DNA of 64,000 nt. Source: Heterodontus francisci (lineage: Eukaryota). Positions 1 through 13,712 of the stretch are shown here, in pieces. Under the pieces are notes generated by a model that was not told the origin of the DNA, ran no database searches, and worked only from the letters and a program-made list of their open reading frames with translations. The position numbers and the translations under genes were made by a program. The stretch's first letter is position 1; every line of letters begins with the position of its first letter. Location: the NCBI RefSeq assembly GCF_036365525.1, contig NC_090401.1, positions 31,083,036-31,147,035 of the forward strand, written 5' to 3'.

Positions 1-1319
1 TCATGGCTGCTTCCCAGGAAGTGGGCACACACCAGCAGGAAATGCTTTCCTGTTGATTAAGGCAGCTGGATGGTCCGTGGGAACATTGATGCCCATACGC
101 GAGCCGTCTATCACAACTTACACCGACATAAATCCAGTGTTGGCCCCGAACCTGATGGCCCTCTTGTCCTGACTGTCAGTGTTGGTCTGGTAGTTCATAT
201 AGTCACCGGCTCTCTTGAACAGGGCATTTGTCACCTCCTTGATTAAGCCAATGGGCTTCTGCCTGGGAGACCCCACACATGTTCCCGATGGAACCTGGAA
301 AGATCCAGCTGCAGAAAGTTTTAGTGCCATAGTGATCATCAGGGCCATTGGCATAGGGTGACCCCCCCGCAAATCCCATAGATCACAACTCAACCTACAG
401 CTGTGCATTAGTCTGTGATGGACTCCCTGAAGAGCCGTAGTCTTCACTGAGAATACCGCACGGAAATTTGGAGGTGGCTGATTCGAGACTGGTACACTCT
501 CTTGTGCAGGTGGGCCCTTCTTGGCATGGCCAGCTTCTGATGCTCCCATCGAGGAGCTTCACGGGCAGGCACAGCTGACTCTTGGCCCTCCCTCCATCCG
601 AGGTGCTGTGTCATGCCATGGTGGTCCAAAATTGACAGGGTGTATGAGACTCATGCCAGGTAACCTGTGGGCCACCAGAGCACTGTTGATGCAGAGACAA
701 CCCTGCCTTGGCAACTGAGCTTTTGACAATTCTCCTGGTGGACTCCGTGATAGTCCTCAGTACCCACCCTGCTGATAGTCGACCCTCTCATCAAGCAGCA
801 AGGGTGACCAAACATCTCTCACAGCAGTTTGGTTACCCAATACAGCCCCCGCAAACCCAAGCCCAAGCGCATCCCTCTTGCAGAGCCCCCGAGACCCCAA
901 CTCCGCCCCCCTTGCTGAGCATACAGCAACATAGACTGACAATGTCCTCCGAATCCCCCTCTTTCCCGCTGCAGCATTGTTCATAGCTGCCTCCCTGTCA
1001 TGGCACTGAGGCCTCTCGCATCGTTGTGGCCGGTGTTTTAACTGTCGTGAAACCGAAGCCGCCCGCTGTCCACTAAATCAAGAGCCAATCTTTAAAATCG
1101 AGGTTAATTAGATGTAAATGCATTACAAACAACTGCTCAGCAATTTAAAATAGATTCCTGTCATATCAGGGCAGTAATGCTGCCTTGGTCCTTTCCTGCC
1201 GCTGGCAAAATCTGGGACCGTTGTCACAACACTGGATTTCCGGATGGATGGTTCTGATGCGATTCTCTGTTCCCCCATGCCACCACTCCCACTTTAAAGG
1301 GCCGCATTAAATTCTGCCC
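1..1319 (-). mobile_element. PIF/Harbinger DNA transposon, transposase 5' part and terminal end (partial, decayed)
   Basis: Near-identical to 31569-32887. HARBI1-like fragments (ALKLSAAGSFQ, IKEVTNALFKRAGDY, IDGSRMGI..NRKAF). Ends in aaattctgccc, a GGGC-type TIR. Confidence 0.85.
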
Positions 1320-2685
1320 ATGGTGACAGTCATTGCAGCTGTGTTGTGTTTCAATGATTCCATGTCAGTGCATTATTGCAAGCCGTGGCTTGAATGTATG
1401 CCCCATTGGAATATAGTGATGTGAGGCAATGAGAGTTGCAAGCTTGCCTGAAGGTGTGGCACGGATGCATAGTGAAGGTGGAATAGGTCAGCTTGCAGCA
1501 CCTTGTTACATGCAGTATTTTGCCATCAACTTGGTTCATGGTACTGTGGTTTTACCTTGAAGATTCCTTCAACTATTGAGCCTTCTCTATGTTATTCTGG
1601 GGTGTTTAAGATATTGTGCAGTGTTGAACCTGTCTGCCACCATCTCCATACCATACCCATACGTCAGCAGGGCACACATTCAAGACTAAAGGATAGGTTC
1701 CGGAGATGTGTTCAAAGTTGTGCTAACGTCTGCCTGTAAACCTAAGAATGCATTTTGATGACCTCAGCAAATGACATTTGATGGGGTGAAATTCGCCTTG
1801 GTCTAACAGTATGGATCTAGAACCTCTTTCTTGCCAAACATTTGGCTTAAACCAGTATCTCATTAGCACAAATTGCTCTCCCAGTCACTCTGACTTCCCC
1901 CTAAGTATGAGAGAGAAGAAGAGAAGTGATTGGAAAAGTTAACACAGGCACGGAGCCAATAGAATGGGTGTTTGAGGCATGCAAGTGCTGAAATGATTAA
2001 TCTACTCGCTTCCCAAGTCTTGGCATTCCATCATTCAGTTATCTGCCCATTCTACATGAGATAAGGAGATAATAAAATGGAAGTTTTTTTTAAAAAGCTT
2101 GGATGTTAAAAAAAAACTTACTGATTGGCAGTAACCCAAATATAATGTGAAGAGGATTCCAGTCTTTAGAAACAAGCAAAGGAACTTCTGTGTCTTAAAA
2201 AAATAAACACAAGTACAAATACATCTCAAACATGAAAACTCTTCAACTAGGATCTTAAAACAATCCATCGGTTTGAAAGAAGTTTACCTGGCCATTAAAG
2301 CAACCATGAGATTTTCAAAATTGTACATAACAGGGTATACTCCTGTAACACACAATTTAGTTAAAGGCAAAAAAAAAAGTCAGAAGTAAATGTAAAAGAA
2401 AAACTGATACAATTGCTCATTAATCCAGAATAGAGATAGTGAATGTTTCATGGCTAGAATTTTGGCTTGAAACGGGGTGTAGTTGACGATGATGGGAGAT
2501 TAAAACCTACTGCCAGAGCTTAACTGCTGCATAATATCTTTCACACTGCTATATTCTGAAAGGCAAAACAGTCACAGAGAAAAGACATAATATTCAGAGC
2601 CTTTATTTATTTTCAGTCAGATTCTTCTTCATATACAGCATGTAAAGGAAAGATGTTCATTATTTTCAGTTGTCTTAAGGCACTT

Positions 2686-5600
2686 TTACTTTCCGTAGCG
2701 TAGGATCGAACCTAGGAAAGCACCTGCAGTTCCCAACACAATGTTGGCACCTGCAGAGAGTCCAGCGGCCCCTTTAAAGAAAAGAAAAATATAAATGTGA
2801 ATTAATTGCACACAATATGACATGTCAACAATTTGTTAATAATCAACAATTCTTATAATCCAGATCTAAACAGTATCCAGAGGAAAGATCAAAACCCTAT
2901 TATAACTGATTTTACCGTTAATTTCTTTATTTGTATTTACAATAAAGCCAACTCATTTATCATTAGCATGTTGTTGAGGTTAAAACATAATAGTATTAAC
3001 ATTTATTGCAAAAGTGCCTTCTCGCTTCTATTAAAACTGTACTGATAAGTTTCCGAGACAATTGGGTAATATAAAAATTTATTCAGCACTATCATAGATG
3101 CCCAGGAATTCAAATACTATCAGGGAGGCTTTAAACAAGAAAGATTGAGAAATGTTCATTACTTATCACTGAAGCTTACCAGCAGACTGAAGGACAGCCA
3201 CCAGACTTCCAGCTGCTACACCTCCTCCATTGGCGACAGCTGCTGTAGACATCATACTTGATGCAATAGAACTGCCTGCTATTCCAGCGCTGGTAAATCC
3301 CACTGCTCCCAGAACCACTGGAGCAGCAACAATGGTTGTAACTGAAGGATGAAACATCCACATTTAAACACAACACATATACACACAGGAGCTTAACAAT
3401 ATTGCCTAAAGCCTGATACATACAATTGTAGCATATCAGAATTCTTCCTGTCTGCAATGATGGTTTATTTCCTTTACAACATTTCAATCCAGTATTTTGC
3501 AATATCAATTATATTTATAATAATCCAGATCCAAGATATGCTTCACAATTTTCCTCAAGATCCCCTATCTGGAATTTCCACAGGGGTGCTCCGGATTATT
3601 TGCTGTAATTTTAGCAGAAAACCTACAGAAATGATACAAATGGCCACTTGTGCCTTTTCTTCAAGGTTTTTGCTTATATTCAAAAGTTATTGCAGATAAT
3701 CTGGAGAACTCCCATCAAAATTCTATCGCTCAACCTTGAACAGCACTGAAGCCGAATAGAGGTAGCAGAATTAAACAGCAGTTCAAGAATAACAGCTACC
3801 AACAAATGTATCTCATGATTCATTTTGTGATGCTTGGACTGAAAATTATAGAGGAACATCTATCAAATAGTAAAATATTGACTGCTTGCAGCAATCTAAT
3901 CATACTGTATGTAAAGGTAGTGCTGTAAGTTGTCACATTACGTGCACTGTGACTGAACTAATATTACTTATTAGAAATTAGTATACGTAAGAAAGTTGTA
4001 TAGGAGAAATTAATGGGGCTGAAGGTTGATAAGTCCCCAGGACCTGATATTCTATATCCCAGAGTGTTAAAAGAGGAAGCTATGGAAATAGTGGATGCAT
4101 TGGTGATCATCTTCCAAAATTCTATAGATTCTGGAGCAGTTCCTGCAGATTGGAAGGTTGCAAATGTCACCTGACTATTTAAGAAGGAAAGGAGAGAGAA
4201 AACAGGGAATAACAAACCTGTTAGCCTTACATTAGTCATTGGGAAAATGCTCGAATCCATTCTAAAGGATGTGATAAATGGACACTTGGATAATAATGAT
4301 CTGATTGGGAAATCATGTTTGATGAACCCGTTGGGATTTTTATTGAGGATGTTACGAACAGAATTGATAAAGGGGAGTCGGTGGATGTGGTATACCTGGA
4401 TTTTCAGAAGGCTTTTGATAAAGTCCCCCACAGGAGATTGGTTTGCAAAATTAAAGCACATGGGATAGGAGGTACTATACTGGCATGGATTAAGGATTGG
4501 TTAACAGGCAGAAAGCAGAGAGTGGGAATAACTGGCTCATTCTCACGTTGGCAGGCTGTGACTAGTGGGATACGCGGGGATCAGTGTTTGAGCCCCAGCT
4601 CTGCACAATATCTAACATTGATTTGGATGTGGGAACCAAATGTAATATTTCCAAGTTCACGGATAACACAAAACTAGGTGGGAATGTGTGTTGTGAGGAA
4701 GATGCCAAGTAGCTTCAAGGGGATTTGGACAGACTTAATGAGTGGGCAAGAACATGGCAGATGGAATATAATGTGGAAAAATGTGAGGTTATCCACTTGG
4801 GTAGGAGGAATAGATGTGCAGAGTATTTCTTAAATGCTAAGAGATTAGAAGGTGTAGACGTACAAAGGGACCTCGGTGTCCTTGTCAATAAGTCACTGAA
4901 AGCTAACACGCAGGTGCAGCAAGCAATTAGGAAGGCTAATGGTATGTTAGCCTTTATCGCAAGAGGATTTGAGTACAGGAGTAGTAAAATCTTGCTTCAA
5001 TTGTATAGAACATTGGTTAGACTGCACTTGGAGTACTGCGTGCAGTTTTGGTCCCCTTACCTTAGGAAGGGTATTATTGCCATAGAGGGAGTGCAACACC
5101 AGACTTGTTCCCGGGATGGCAGGACTGTCCTATGAAGAGAGATTGGGGAAACTGGGCCTGTATTCTCTTGAGTTTCGAAGAATGAGAGTAATCTCATTGA
5201 AACCTACAAAATACTTAAAGGGATAGACAGGGTAGATGCAGCTAAGATGTTTCCCCTGGTTGGGGAGTCTCGTACCAGGGGACACAATTTCAAAATAAGG
5301 GGGAAGCTTAGGTCAGAGATGAGGAAAAATTTCTTTACTCAGAGGGTTGTGAATCTTTGGAATTCACTACCCCAGAGGGCTGTGAAAACTCAGTCATTGA
5401 GTATGTTTAAAGCAGAGATTGACAAATTTGTAAATACAAATGACATAAGGGGATATGAGGATATTGTGGGAAAAAGGCATTAAAGTGGATGATCAGCCAT
5501 GATCATACTGAATGGCGGGGCAGGCTCGATGGGCTGAATGGCCTACTCCTGCTCCTATGTTCCTAAACTGTGATAGTCCCATTGTACACCATAACTTCCT

Positions 5601-8600
5601 ACCGTGTCCTTCCTTCTTTAGTTGATACAGCTGCTGAATTACTTGAAAATAATATATTACATCACTGTTGTCTACTTTAAACATATCAGGGGTGATCTAA
5701 ACCGGCCCACCCAGCAGAAACTAGGTGGGTGGGAGTTAAAATTGACCAGGTAACTTACCCAACAGAAATCCATCAGGGATTCACTGATTTGAATTTTAAC
5801 CTGCTCTACTGAATAGGTGTCAAGAACACAAGTCCAAAGCCAGCTCAGGCCTTCTTTACATATGCGTGTCAGGTCCTGATGACATCAGGATCCAACTGCA
5901 ACTTTAACTGCTGTCATGAGCAGCGATACCGTTGTAGATTTTCTGCGATTTGAAGAAGGAGCTCCAGGCAGAAGAGGCCCATAGAAATAAAGCGTTTTTG
6001 CTTTTCTTGTGAGGCCTAGAGGTGCAGGAGTGCTTTTCCAGACACCGCAAGGAAATATTTTGGGCCTCAGTTGCCGCAGACTCCTACCAAAATTCTTTCC
6101 CCAAAACGAGACCCCTGGGAGACTGCCCTCGAAGTTGATCCTGTCTAGTTGTCTGTTGGGTGGTCTCTAAACCGCCAATCGAGCTATGGACTGCTAGTTT
6201 TCCAGTTTCCTTCTAAGAAATTGGGTTCTGGATCATGCTTTGGTGGTGTGAGGGTCGGGAGCTGGGGAATAGGAACAGAAGTAGCTGGCGAAAGGGATAA
6301 GAAATAAATGGCTATGGCTTCCACTACCCACCGCATCTGAAAATAAAAACATATGGGAGCAGAAGAACATAGAGAAACAAGCAAAAAAAGAAAATCAAGT
6401 TCTGGCAAGAGATGGAGTAAAAAAGTAGAATGTGAGAGCGATAGAGAGTGAAATAGCAACACAAATATGACATGGATAGATGCAAGACTATATAGAGTCA
6501 TAGAGTTATACAGCACAGAAACAGGCCCTTCAGTCCACCGTGTCTCTCCCGGCCATCAAGCACCTAACTATTCTAATCCCATTTTCCTGCACTTGGCCCG
6601 TAGCCTTGTATGCTATGGCGTTTCAAGTGCTCATCTAAATACTTCTTAAATGTTGTAAGGGTTCCTGCCTCTACCACCTCTTCAGGCAGTGCGTTCCAGA
6701 TTCCAACCACCCCCTGGGTGAAAAGTTTTTCCTCAAATCCCCTCTAAACCACCTGCCCCTTACCCTAAATCAACACCCCCTGGTTATCGACCCCTCTGCT
6801 AACGGACAAAGTTTCTTCCTATCTAACCTATCAATGCCCCTCAATTTTATATACCTCAATCAGCTGCGCCCTCAGCCTTCTCTGCTCTAAGGAAAACAAC
6901 CCGAGCCTTTTCAGTCTCTCTTCATAGCTGAAATGCTCCAGCCCAGACAACATCCTGGTGAATCTCCTCTGCACCCTCTCCAGTGCAATCACATCCTTCC
7001 ATAGTGTGGTGCCCAGAACTGTATACAGTACTTCAGCTGTGGCCTAACTAGTGTTTTATACAGATAACCTCCCTGCTCTTATATTCTATGCCTTAGCTAA
7101 TAAAGGCAAGTATCCCATATGCCTTCCTAACCACCTTATCTACCTGTGTTGCTGCCTTCAGTGATATATGGACAAGTACACCCAGGTCCCTCTGACCCTC
7201 TGTACTTCCTAGGATCCTGCCATCCATTGTATATGCCCTTGCCTTGTTCGTCCTCCCAAAATGCATCACCTCACACTCCTCAGGATTAAATTCCATTTAC
7301 CACTGCTCCGCCCATCTATATCGTCCTGTAATCTAAGGCTTTCCTCCTCACTATTTACGACACCACCAATTTTCATGTCATCTGCGAACCTACTGAGAGG
7401 ATTTGAAAATTTGTGTCAGAGCCCCTGCCATCTCCTCCCTTGCCTCACATAACAGCCTGGGATACATCTCATTTGGGCCTGGGGATTTATCCACTGTTAA
7501 GCCTGCTAAAACTGCAGAAAAGATTCACAAGGATGTTGCCTGGTTTGGAGGGCTTGAGTTATAAAGAGAAATTGGATAGGCTGTGTCTGTTTTCCCTGGA
7601 GCAAAGAAGGCTGAGAAGGGTCATGCTAGAGGTATATAAAATTATGAGAGGCATAAATAGGGTAGACAGCCAGAGTCTGTTTCCCATGGTAGGGGTGACT
7701 AAAACTAGAGGGCATAGATTTAAGGTGAAAGGGAGGAGGTTTAAAAGGGATCAAAGGGGTACATTTTTCACACAAAGAATAGTGGGTATTTGGAATGAGC
7801 TGCCTGAGGAGGTGGAGGAGGCAAGAACAGTAGCAACATTTAAGAGGCATCTGGACAGGTACTTGAATGAGCAAGGCATAGAGGGATATGGAATTAATGC
7901 AGGCAGGTGGGATTAGTATAGATAGGCATTATGGTCGGCATGGACGTGGTGGGCCGAAGGGCCTGTTTCTATGCTGTACGACTCTATGACTTTCAATGCT
8001 AATATGTTCAAGTATATCACAATCCCCCTCCCTGATCTCTGCACCTACATTGTCCTTCTCCATAATGAACACAGATGAAAAGTAATCATTTAAAGCCTCA
8101 CCAATGTCCTCCGGCTCCGCACACAGATTGCCACTTTGGTCCCTAATGGGCTCTACGCTTTCCCTGATTATCCTCTTGCCCTGAATATAGTTATAAAACG
8201 CCTTGGGATTTTCCTTTATCTTGCTCGCCATTGGTTTTTTCATGTCCCCTCTTCGCTCTCCTAATTACTTTTTTTAAGTACCCCCCTACACTTTCTATAC
8301 TCCTCTAAGACCTCCACTGTTTCTAGCACTCTGAATCTGCCATAAGCCTCCTTTTTTTCTTCCTTATCCAATCCTCTATATCCCTTGACATCCAGGGTTC
8401 CCTGGACTTGTTGGTCCTATCCTTCACCTTAATGGTTACATGTTGGCTCTGAACTCTCACTATTTCTTCTTTGAATGACTCCCACTGGTCTGATGTAGAC
8501 TTTCCTACAAGTAGCTGCTCCCAGCCCACTTTGGCCAGTTTTATCATATTGAAATTGGCCTTCCCCCAATACAGTACCTTTATTACCAGTCCCTTTTTGT

Positions 8601-10860
8601 CCTTTTCCATAACTGCCTTAAATCTTAGCGTTACGGTCACTATCCCCGAAATGCTCCCCCACTGATACTTCTACCACTTGTCCGGCTTCATTCCCTAGGA
8701 CTAGGTCCAGTACTGCCCCTTCTCTTGTAGGACTTTCTACGTGCTGGCTCAAAAAGTTCGCCCGTATGCATTTTAAAAATTCCACCCCCTTTTAGCCTTT
8801 TGCACTAAGACTATCCCAGTTGATATCGGGGAAGTTGAAATCCCCTATTATTACCCTATTATTTTTACACCTCTCAGAAATTTGCCCATATATCTGCTCC
8901 TCTATCTCTCCCTGGCTGTTTGGAGGACTGTAATATAAAAAGAACTTGCATTTATATAACACCTTGCATGACCGCAGTACTTCCAAAAGTGGTTAACAAC
9001 AAATGAGGTACTTTTCTGAGATGCAGTCAGTGTCATAATGTAAAAAATGCAGCAGTTAATTTTCACACAGCAAGGTCCCACTAATATCAATGAGGTAATG
9101 ACCAGACAATCTGTTTTAGTGATGCTAAAGGATAAATGTTGTCCAGGACACTGGGAGAACTGCCCTGTACTTCTTTTAATTGAACCATGGGATTTTATAC
9201 ATTTTTTGAAATTTATTAATTCAAGGATGTGGACATGGCTGGAATGGCCAGCATTTATTGGCCATCCTTAACTGTTCCTGAGAAGGTGGTGGTGAGCTGT
9301 CCTCTTGAACCACTGCAGTCCATGTGCTGAAGGTACTCCCACAGTGCAATTAGACAGGAAGTTCCAAGATTTTGACCCAGTGACCATGAAGGAAAAGTGA
9401 TACAGTTCCAAGTTAGGATGGTGTGTGATTTGGGAGGGGAACTTGGAGCTGTTGGTGTTCCCATGAGCCTGCTGCCCTTGCACTACAAGGTGGTAGAGGC
9501 TGGGTGTTTGGAAGGTGCTGTCTATGGAGCCTTGGTGAGTTGCTGCAGTGCATCTTGTAGATGGTACACACGGCGACCAAGTTGTTCTGGTGGTGGAGGG
9601 AGTAAATGTTTAAGGTGGTGGATGGGGTACAGATCAAATGGGCTGCTTTGTCATAAACGTTGTTGAGCTGTATGAGTGTTGTTAGAGCTGCACTCATCCA
9701 GGCAAGTGGAGAGTACTCCAACACACTCCTGACTTGTGCCTTTTAGATGGTGGACAGGCTTTGGGGAGTCACGAGGGGAGAGTTACTCACCACAGAATTT
9801 CCAGCCTCCGACCTGCTCTTGCAGTCACAGTATTTGTATGGCTGGTTCTGTTAAGTTCCTTGTCAATGATAACCACAGAATATTGATGGTAGGGGATTCA
9901 TTGATGGTAATAATATTGAATAACAAGGGGAGTTGGTTAGACTGTCTCTTGTTGGAAATGGTCATTGTTTGGCACTTGTGTGGCATGAAAGTTACTTGCC
10001 AATTATCAGCACAAGTCTGGATGTTGTCCAGGTCTTGCTGCATTTGGTTATAATTTGCTTCAATATCTGAGAGATTGAGAATGCAATTAACATTATGCAA
10101 TCACTAACAAACATCCCGACTTCTGACCTTACAATGGAGTGAAGATCATTGATGGAGCAGCTGAAGACGGTTGGGCCTAAGCCATTACCCTGAGTGATGT
10201 CTGGAGGCTCAGATGATTTGTCTCGAACAGCCACAAACATCTTAATTTGTACTAGGTAACACTGAAGCCAGTGGAGATTTCTCTCTGAATTCCAATTGAT
10301 TTCAATTTTACTAGGGCTCCTTGATGCTGCACTCGATCAAATGTTGCCCCGATGTCAAGGGCAGTCACTCTCATCTCATGTCTAAAATTCAGCTTTTTTG
10401 TCCGTATTTGAATCAAGGCTGTAATGAGTTCTGGAGCTGAGGGTCCTGGTGAAACCTCAATTCAGTATCAGTGAGCAGGTTATTGGTGATCAAACTCGGT
10501 TTAACAGCTCATCTGAAAGATGACACCTCCGACAATTCCGCACTCCCTCAGTACTGCAAAGATGTATCAGCCGAGGTTATTTGCTCAAGTCTCTGGAGTG
10601 GAAATTGAACATACGACCTTCTGACTCCGAGTCGATATCCTCCGACTAACAATGAGCAATGCAATGGGAGATCTACTAATTTCCTTTGTAAATTTTTGAG
10701 AGCATTGTCACACTTTGTGTAATGTGCAATACTGCTGCTAGATCCACTTCAGTAGTCCCCTTCCTAGGATGTTTTTGTCTATTATTTAAAAATATATATA
10801 TTTTGCAGTCAAATAGTGCTTACCTGCACCTATAGCTGCAGCTCCAGCTATCCACAACAT
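2686..10860 (-). CDS. IFI27: Gene A copy 1: interferon alpha-inducible protein 27-like (ISG12/Ifi-6-16 family), 94 aa, spliced
   Basis: Coding exons 10860-10824 ([12 protein letters not shown]), 3341-3180 (162 nt, [54 protein letters not shown]) and 2771-2686 ([28 protein letters not shown]). All GT-AG, phase 1; total 285 nt. AATAAA at ~2602-2611. The symbol is family-level; orthology is untested. Confidence 0.9.
3990..5565 (+). mobile_element. CR1-clade LINE, 5'-truncated RT and 3' end, in gene A intron
   Basis: RT motifs [62 protein letters not shown]. Frameshifts present; tail cctactcctgctcctatgttcct. Confidence 0.95.
6485..8930 (-). mobile_element. CR1-clade LINE fragment (EN to 3' tail, internally deleted)
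   Basis: [10 protein letters not shown] endonuclease motif, [31 protein letters not shown], and a (ctctatga)-type tail at ~6490. Confidence 0.9.
7513..7990 (+). mobile_element. CR1 3'-end fragment nested in opposite orientation
   Basis: [17 protein letters not shown]...[14 protein letters not shown], with tail ctatgctgtacgactctatgac. Confidence 0.88.
8935..10635 (-). mobile_element. Deu-domain SINE (SacSINE1-like) split by a CR1-clade LINE insertion (~9215-10488)
   Basis: Tail aagaacttgcatttatat and core ccaggacactgggagaact at 8935-9200; SINE head resumes at ~10490-10635. The insert encodes RT motifs ([41 protein letters not shown]). Confidence 0.75.
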
Positions 10861-11021
10861 GATAATCTGCTAATTTGCACACTGTAAACTTAAAAAAAGT
10901 CTTTCATTAGAGGGGAATAAATAAATAAATAATAAAAACCAGTAGATGTATTTGAATTTCCAAAAGGGAATTGATAAAGTGCCACATAAAAAGGTTATTA
11001 CACAAGATAAGAGCTCATGAT

Positions 11022-11560
11022 GGGCTGGATTTTGTGGAGGAGACGGGGCTTCCTGCCTCAGCCTTTTCATGTCCCACCCCGCCCCCCACCCCCAAGCCTC
11101 AGAGAGATCCTCTGTTGTTTTCCTGTCCGAGTGTCCCGCGCCAGCATCCCTGTCCCTTGGAGGATCCTGCCTCCAAGAGCTGCCGGCCAATCACTGGGAG
11201 CAGTGGCCACTGCCGGTATTGCAGAAGCCTGGGACCCAGGCCCAGCGCTGGAACCCCAGACCTCAGGTAAGAGAGGAGGGGTTGCTGAGGCCAGTCCGGA
11301 AGGCCGCAGCGAGTGGGGTTGCGGGGGGGGGGGGGTGGTGGGTGCGGTGGTGGTCATAAAGCCCAGGAGGAGTGGAGCCCTGGGAGGTGCATTGTTTTCC
11401 AGCCAGGGCCCTCCATGAACCACAGATTGCCCATAGAGGAGGGCCCCACCCCCAAGCCACAGGTAGGTTCCTCGTTTTACAAGGCAACACCCCCTGACTC
11501 CATTAATAGGCCACTTAAGGGCCTAGTGACAGGCGGGTGGTGAACTATAAAATCCAGCCC
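11022..11560. mobile_element. MITE / non-autonomous DNA transposon inserted in an old CR1 fragment
   Basis: TIRs gggctggatttt ... aaaatccagccc. The flanks continue a CR1 RT fragment (..HKRLLHKIRAH..). Confidence 0.75.
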
Positions 11561-13712
11561 AATATTGGCACTAATATATGACACATGGATAGAGGATAGA
11601 GCATCGGTGTCCAAACTTTTTGCATGAGGGGCCACATTACAATTTTTGTCCTCCGTAGGGGTGAACAAATTTCGGAAAGTTAAAGGCATTAGAAACGTAT
11701 CTTACAAGAATAATGTCGCTTGATATTGTATTCCTTGAAAACAGCTACCTTCTTGTCACATCAGACACAATATGGCCCTCGTTGTCCAAGAGTGTTTGAA
11801 TGCTCGACATTCAGGATCAATTTTCCTTTCCTTGCTGTATTCATGAGCCACCATCTTTCTTTCGATAAGTATTTTGGGTAAACACTGTTTGAGATAGATA
11901 TCAGGGCTCCTGCTCTCGCTCCTGGTTGAAGGGGCTCCCGGTTAAATGGGCTCGGCTCTCTCTCTTGGTTAAATGGGCACTGCCAGCTTGTTGGGTTATC
12001 GCCTGGGGCCCTGGCAATTTCACTCTGCCAGACGGCAGGGGCGGGCAAAAAGGAGGTAGTGAGCGTCTTCAACCTTCCCTGGTGGCTAGAAACTTCAACA
12101 GCCTGGCGCTGCTCCACTCCTCTCCCCAGCTCTCTTCAGACTTTATCATGTCCAGCAAAGCATTGCGTGTCTGCCATTATTAGTCCATCAGCCACTACTT
12201 AGGCACTGCAACTCCAATATTAGTTCAGATTGGCGAACCGAATAGAAACCTTTGGTGGGTCTGATAAAAGGAGGCAGCCTTCTGACAGCTGGGGGGTCCT
12301 CCTGATCGGTCAACCTGAGCCCGATGGAGGGCCACCCCTGAAGCCCCAACTACCCCCATCGCCCAACACGCACCACCCCCACCCTCCACCCCTTGTCGCC
12401 TATCCGACCTCCCTTGCCTCACCGGGGCCCGACTGATTGCCCCTGCAATCTTCAGCTGGGTTGCAGTGCCAACAGTGGCCATCGCTCCCACTGATTGGCC
12501 GGCAGCTCCATTAGGCAGCACTTCCTGCCTCAATGAGGTGGAAGTCTTGCCCAAGACCAATTAAAGGCCTGGGGACCTGAAAGTCCGGTCTGGATCCCAT
12601 GCCTGGTGGAGGCGGGATCACCACCAACTCTTGCATTGGCGGACGGCTTCCCCATGCCCACCATAAAATTCCAGCCAGCACCTCAAGACAGTTCAACACT
12701 CCACTGGAGTGTCAGCTTTGAGTTTTGTGCTTGGAGTGGAACTTCAACCCACAACCTTCTGACTCAGAGGAGAGAATGTTACCAACCAAATGCAGCCGAC
12801 ACCTAATCCTAAATCCTAATATGACACAAGGTTGTAAGTTAGTAATTGTTTAAGATGAAAGCTGCTGGTACTGAGGAGATGCCAGCCTGCTGATTGGCGA
12901 TTGGCCAGCAGCTCCTGGAGGCGGGACTTCCTGCCCCAGAAGGGTGGCAGACCAAGCCAATGCCAATTAAGGGCATGAGCCACCCAAAAATTGTTGTGTG
13001 GTTTCCAGACCCGGCGGAGCTGGTCTCACCCCTCCCCCCCCCACCGGCCAGAATTTTACATTGGGCTGGAAGCCCCGCCCACTGGCCAAAAAGTCAGGGG
13101 TGAGCCTCCCTCTGCCGGACCTGGAAGCCAAGGGTACGAGATGGGAACAGCAGCACCCGCCCCCATTCCCCCACCTCTCACTCAATTTTATGTCCTCGCC
13201 CGACAGCCTGCTCCTGCGGGGTGGTGTAAAACGCCAGCCCCCAACAATTAGGCCAGATTTGAAATTAGTGGGTTAACACTTCTGTTGAAATTAGTGGAGA
13301 GGGGGATTTCATCCTCTAGTATCTCCAGTCATGGTCTCTGCGCCTTTCTTTGCTGAGTCGTCAACATCATAAATGTTGTTGTAGTTGCAGTAAACCTTGG
13401 GTGCGGCCTCATCGCTGTAATGGAATACAGTCGGGCCATCGCTCCCTGGTCCCAGAGAGGACAGCGCCAGCCATCGCCTTCAACATCGCGCAAGTCACGA
13501 CCCAATTAACAAAAATACAAATGGAAATACACTGGTGTTTTATAATAAACTGGTGTGTACTTGCACTATCATTTTCATAACAATCACTTAAAAACATCAC
13601 TAAAAATGCAATCTGCTGAACAACTATTGAATCACTATATCAAATTTATCTTAAATATTTATATCTAGCTTCAATTTTAAATATTAAATCTTATCTTAAA
13701 TATTAAATATAC

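Noticed and set aside
3166-3363. 65-aa [15 protein letters not shown]... as a complete single-exon gene
   Set aside because: It is the 162-nt internal exon of gene A plus intronic read-through; canonical splice sites lie at 3342 and 3179.
3964-4461. 165-aa minus-strand ORF
   Set aside because: It is antisense to the CR1 reverse-transcriptase fragment.
10870-13276. Many overlapping Pro/Gly-rich ORFs
   Set aside because: They arise from GC-rich MITE-like repeats with few stops, have no recognisable domain, and change frame between copies through homopolymer indels.
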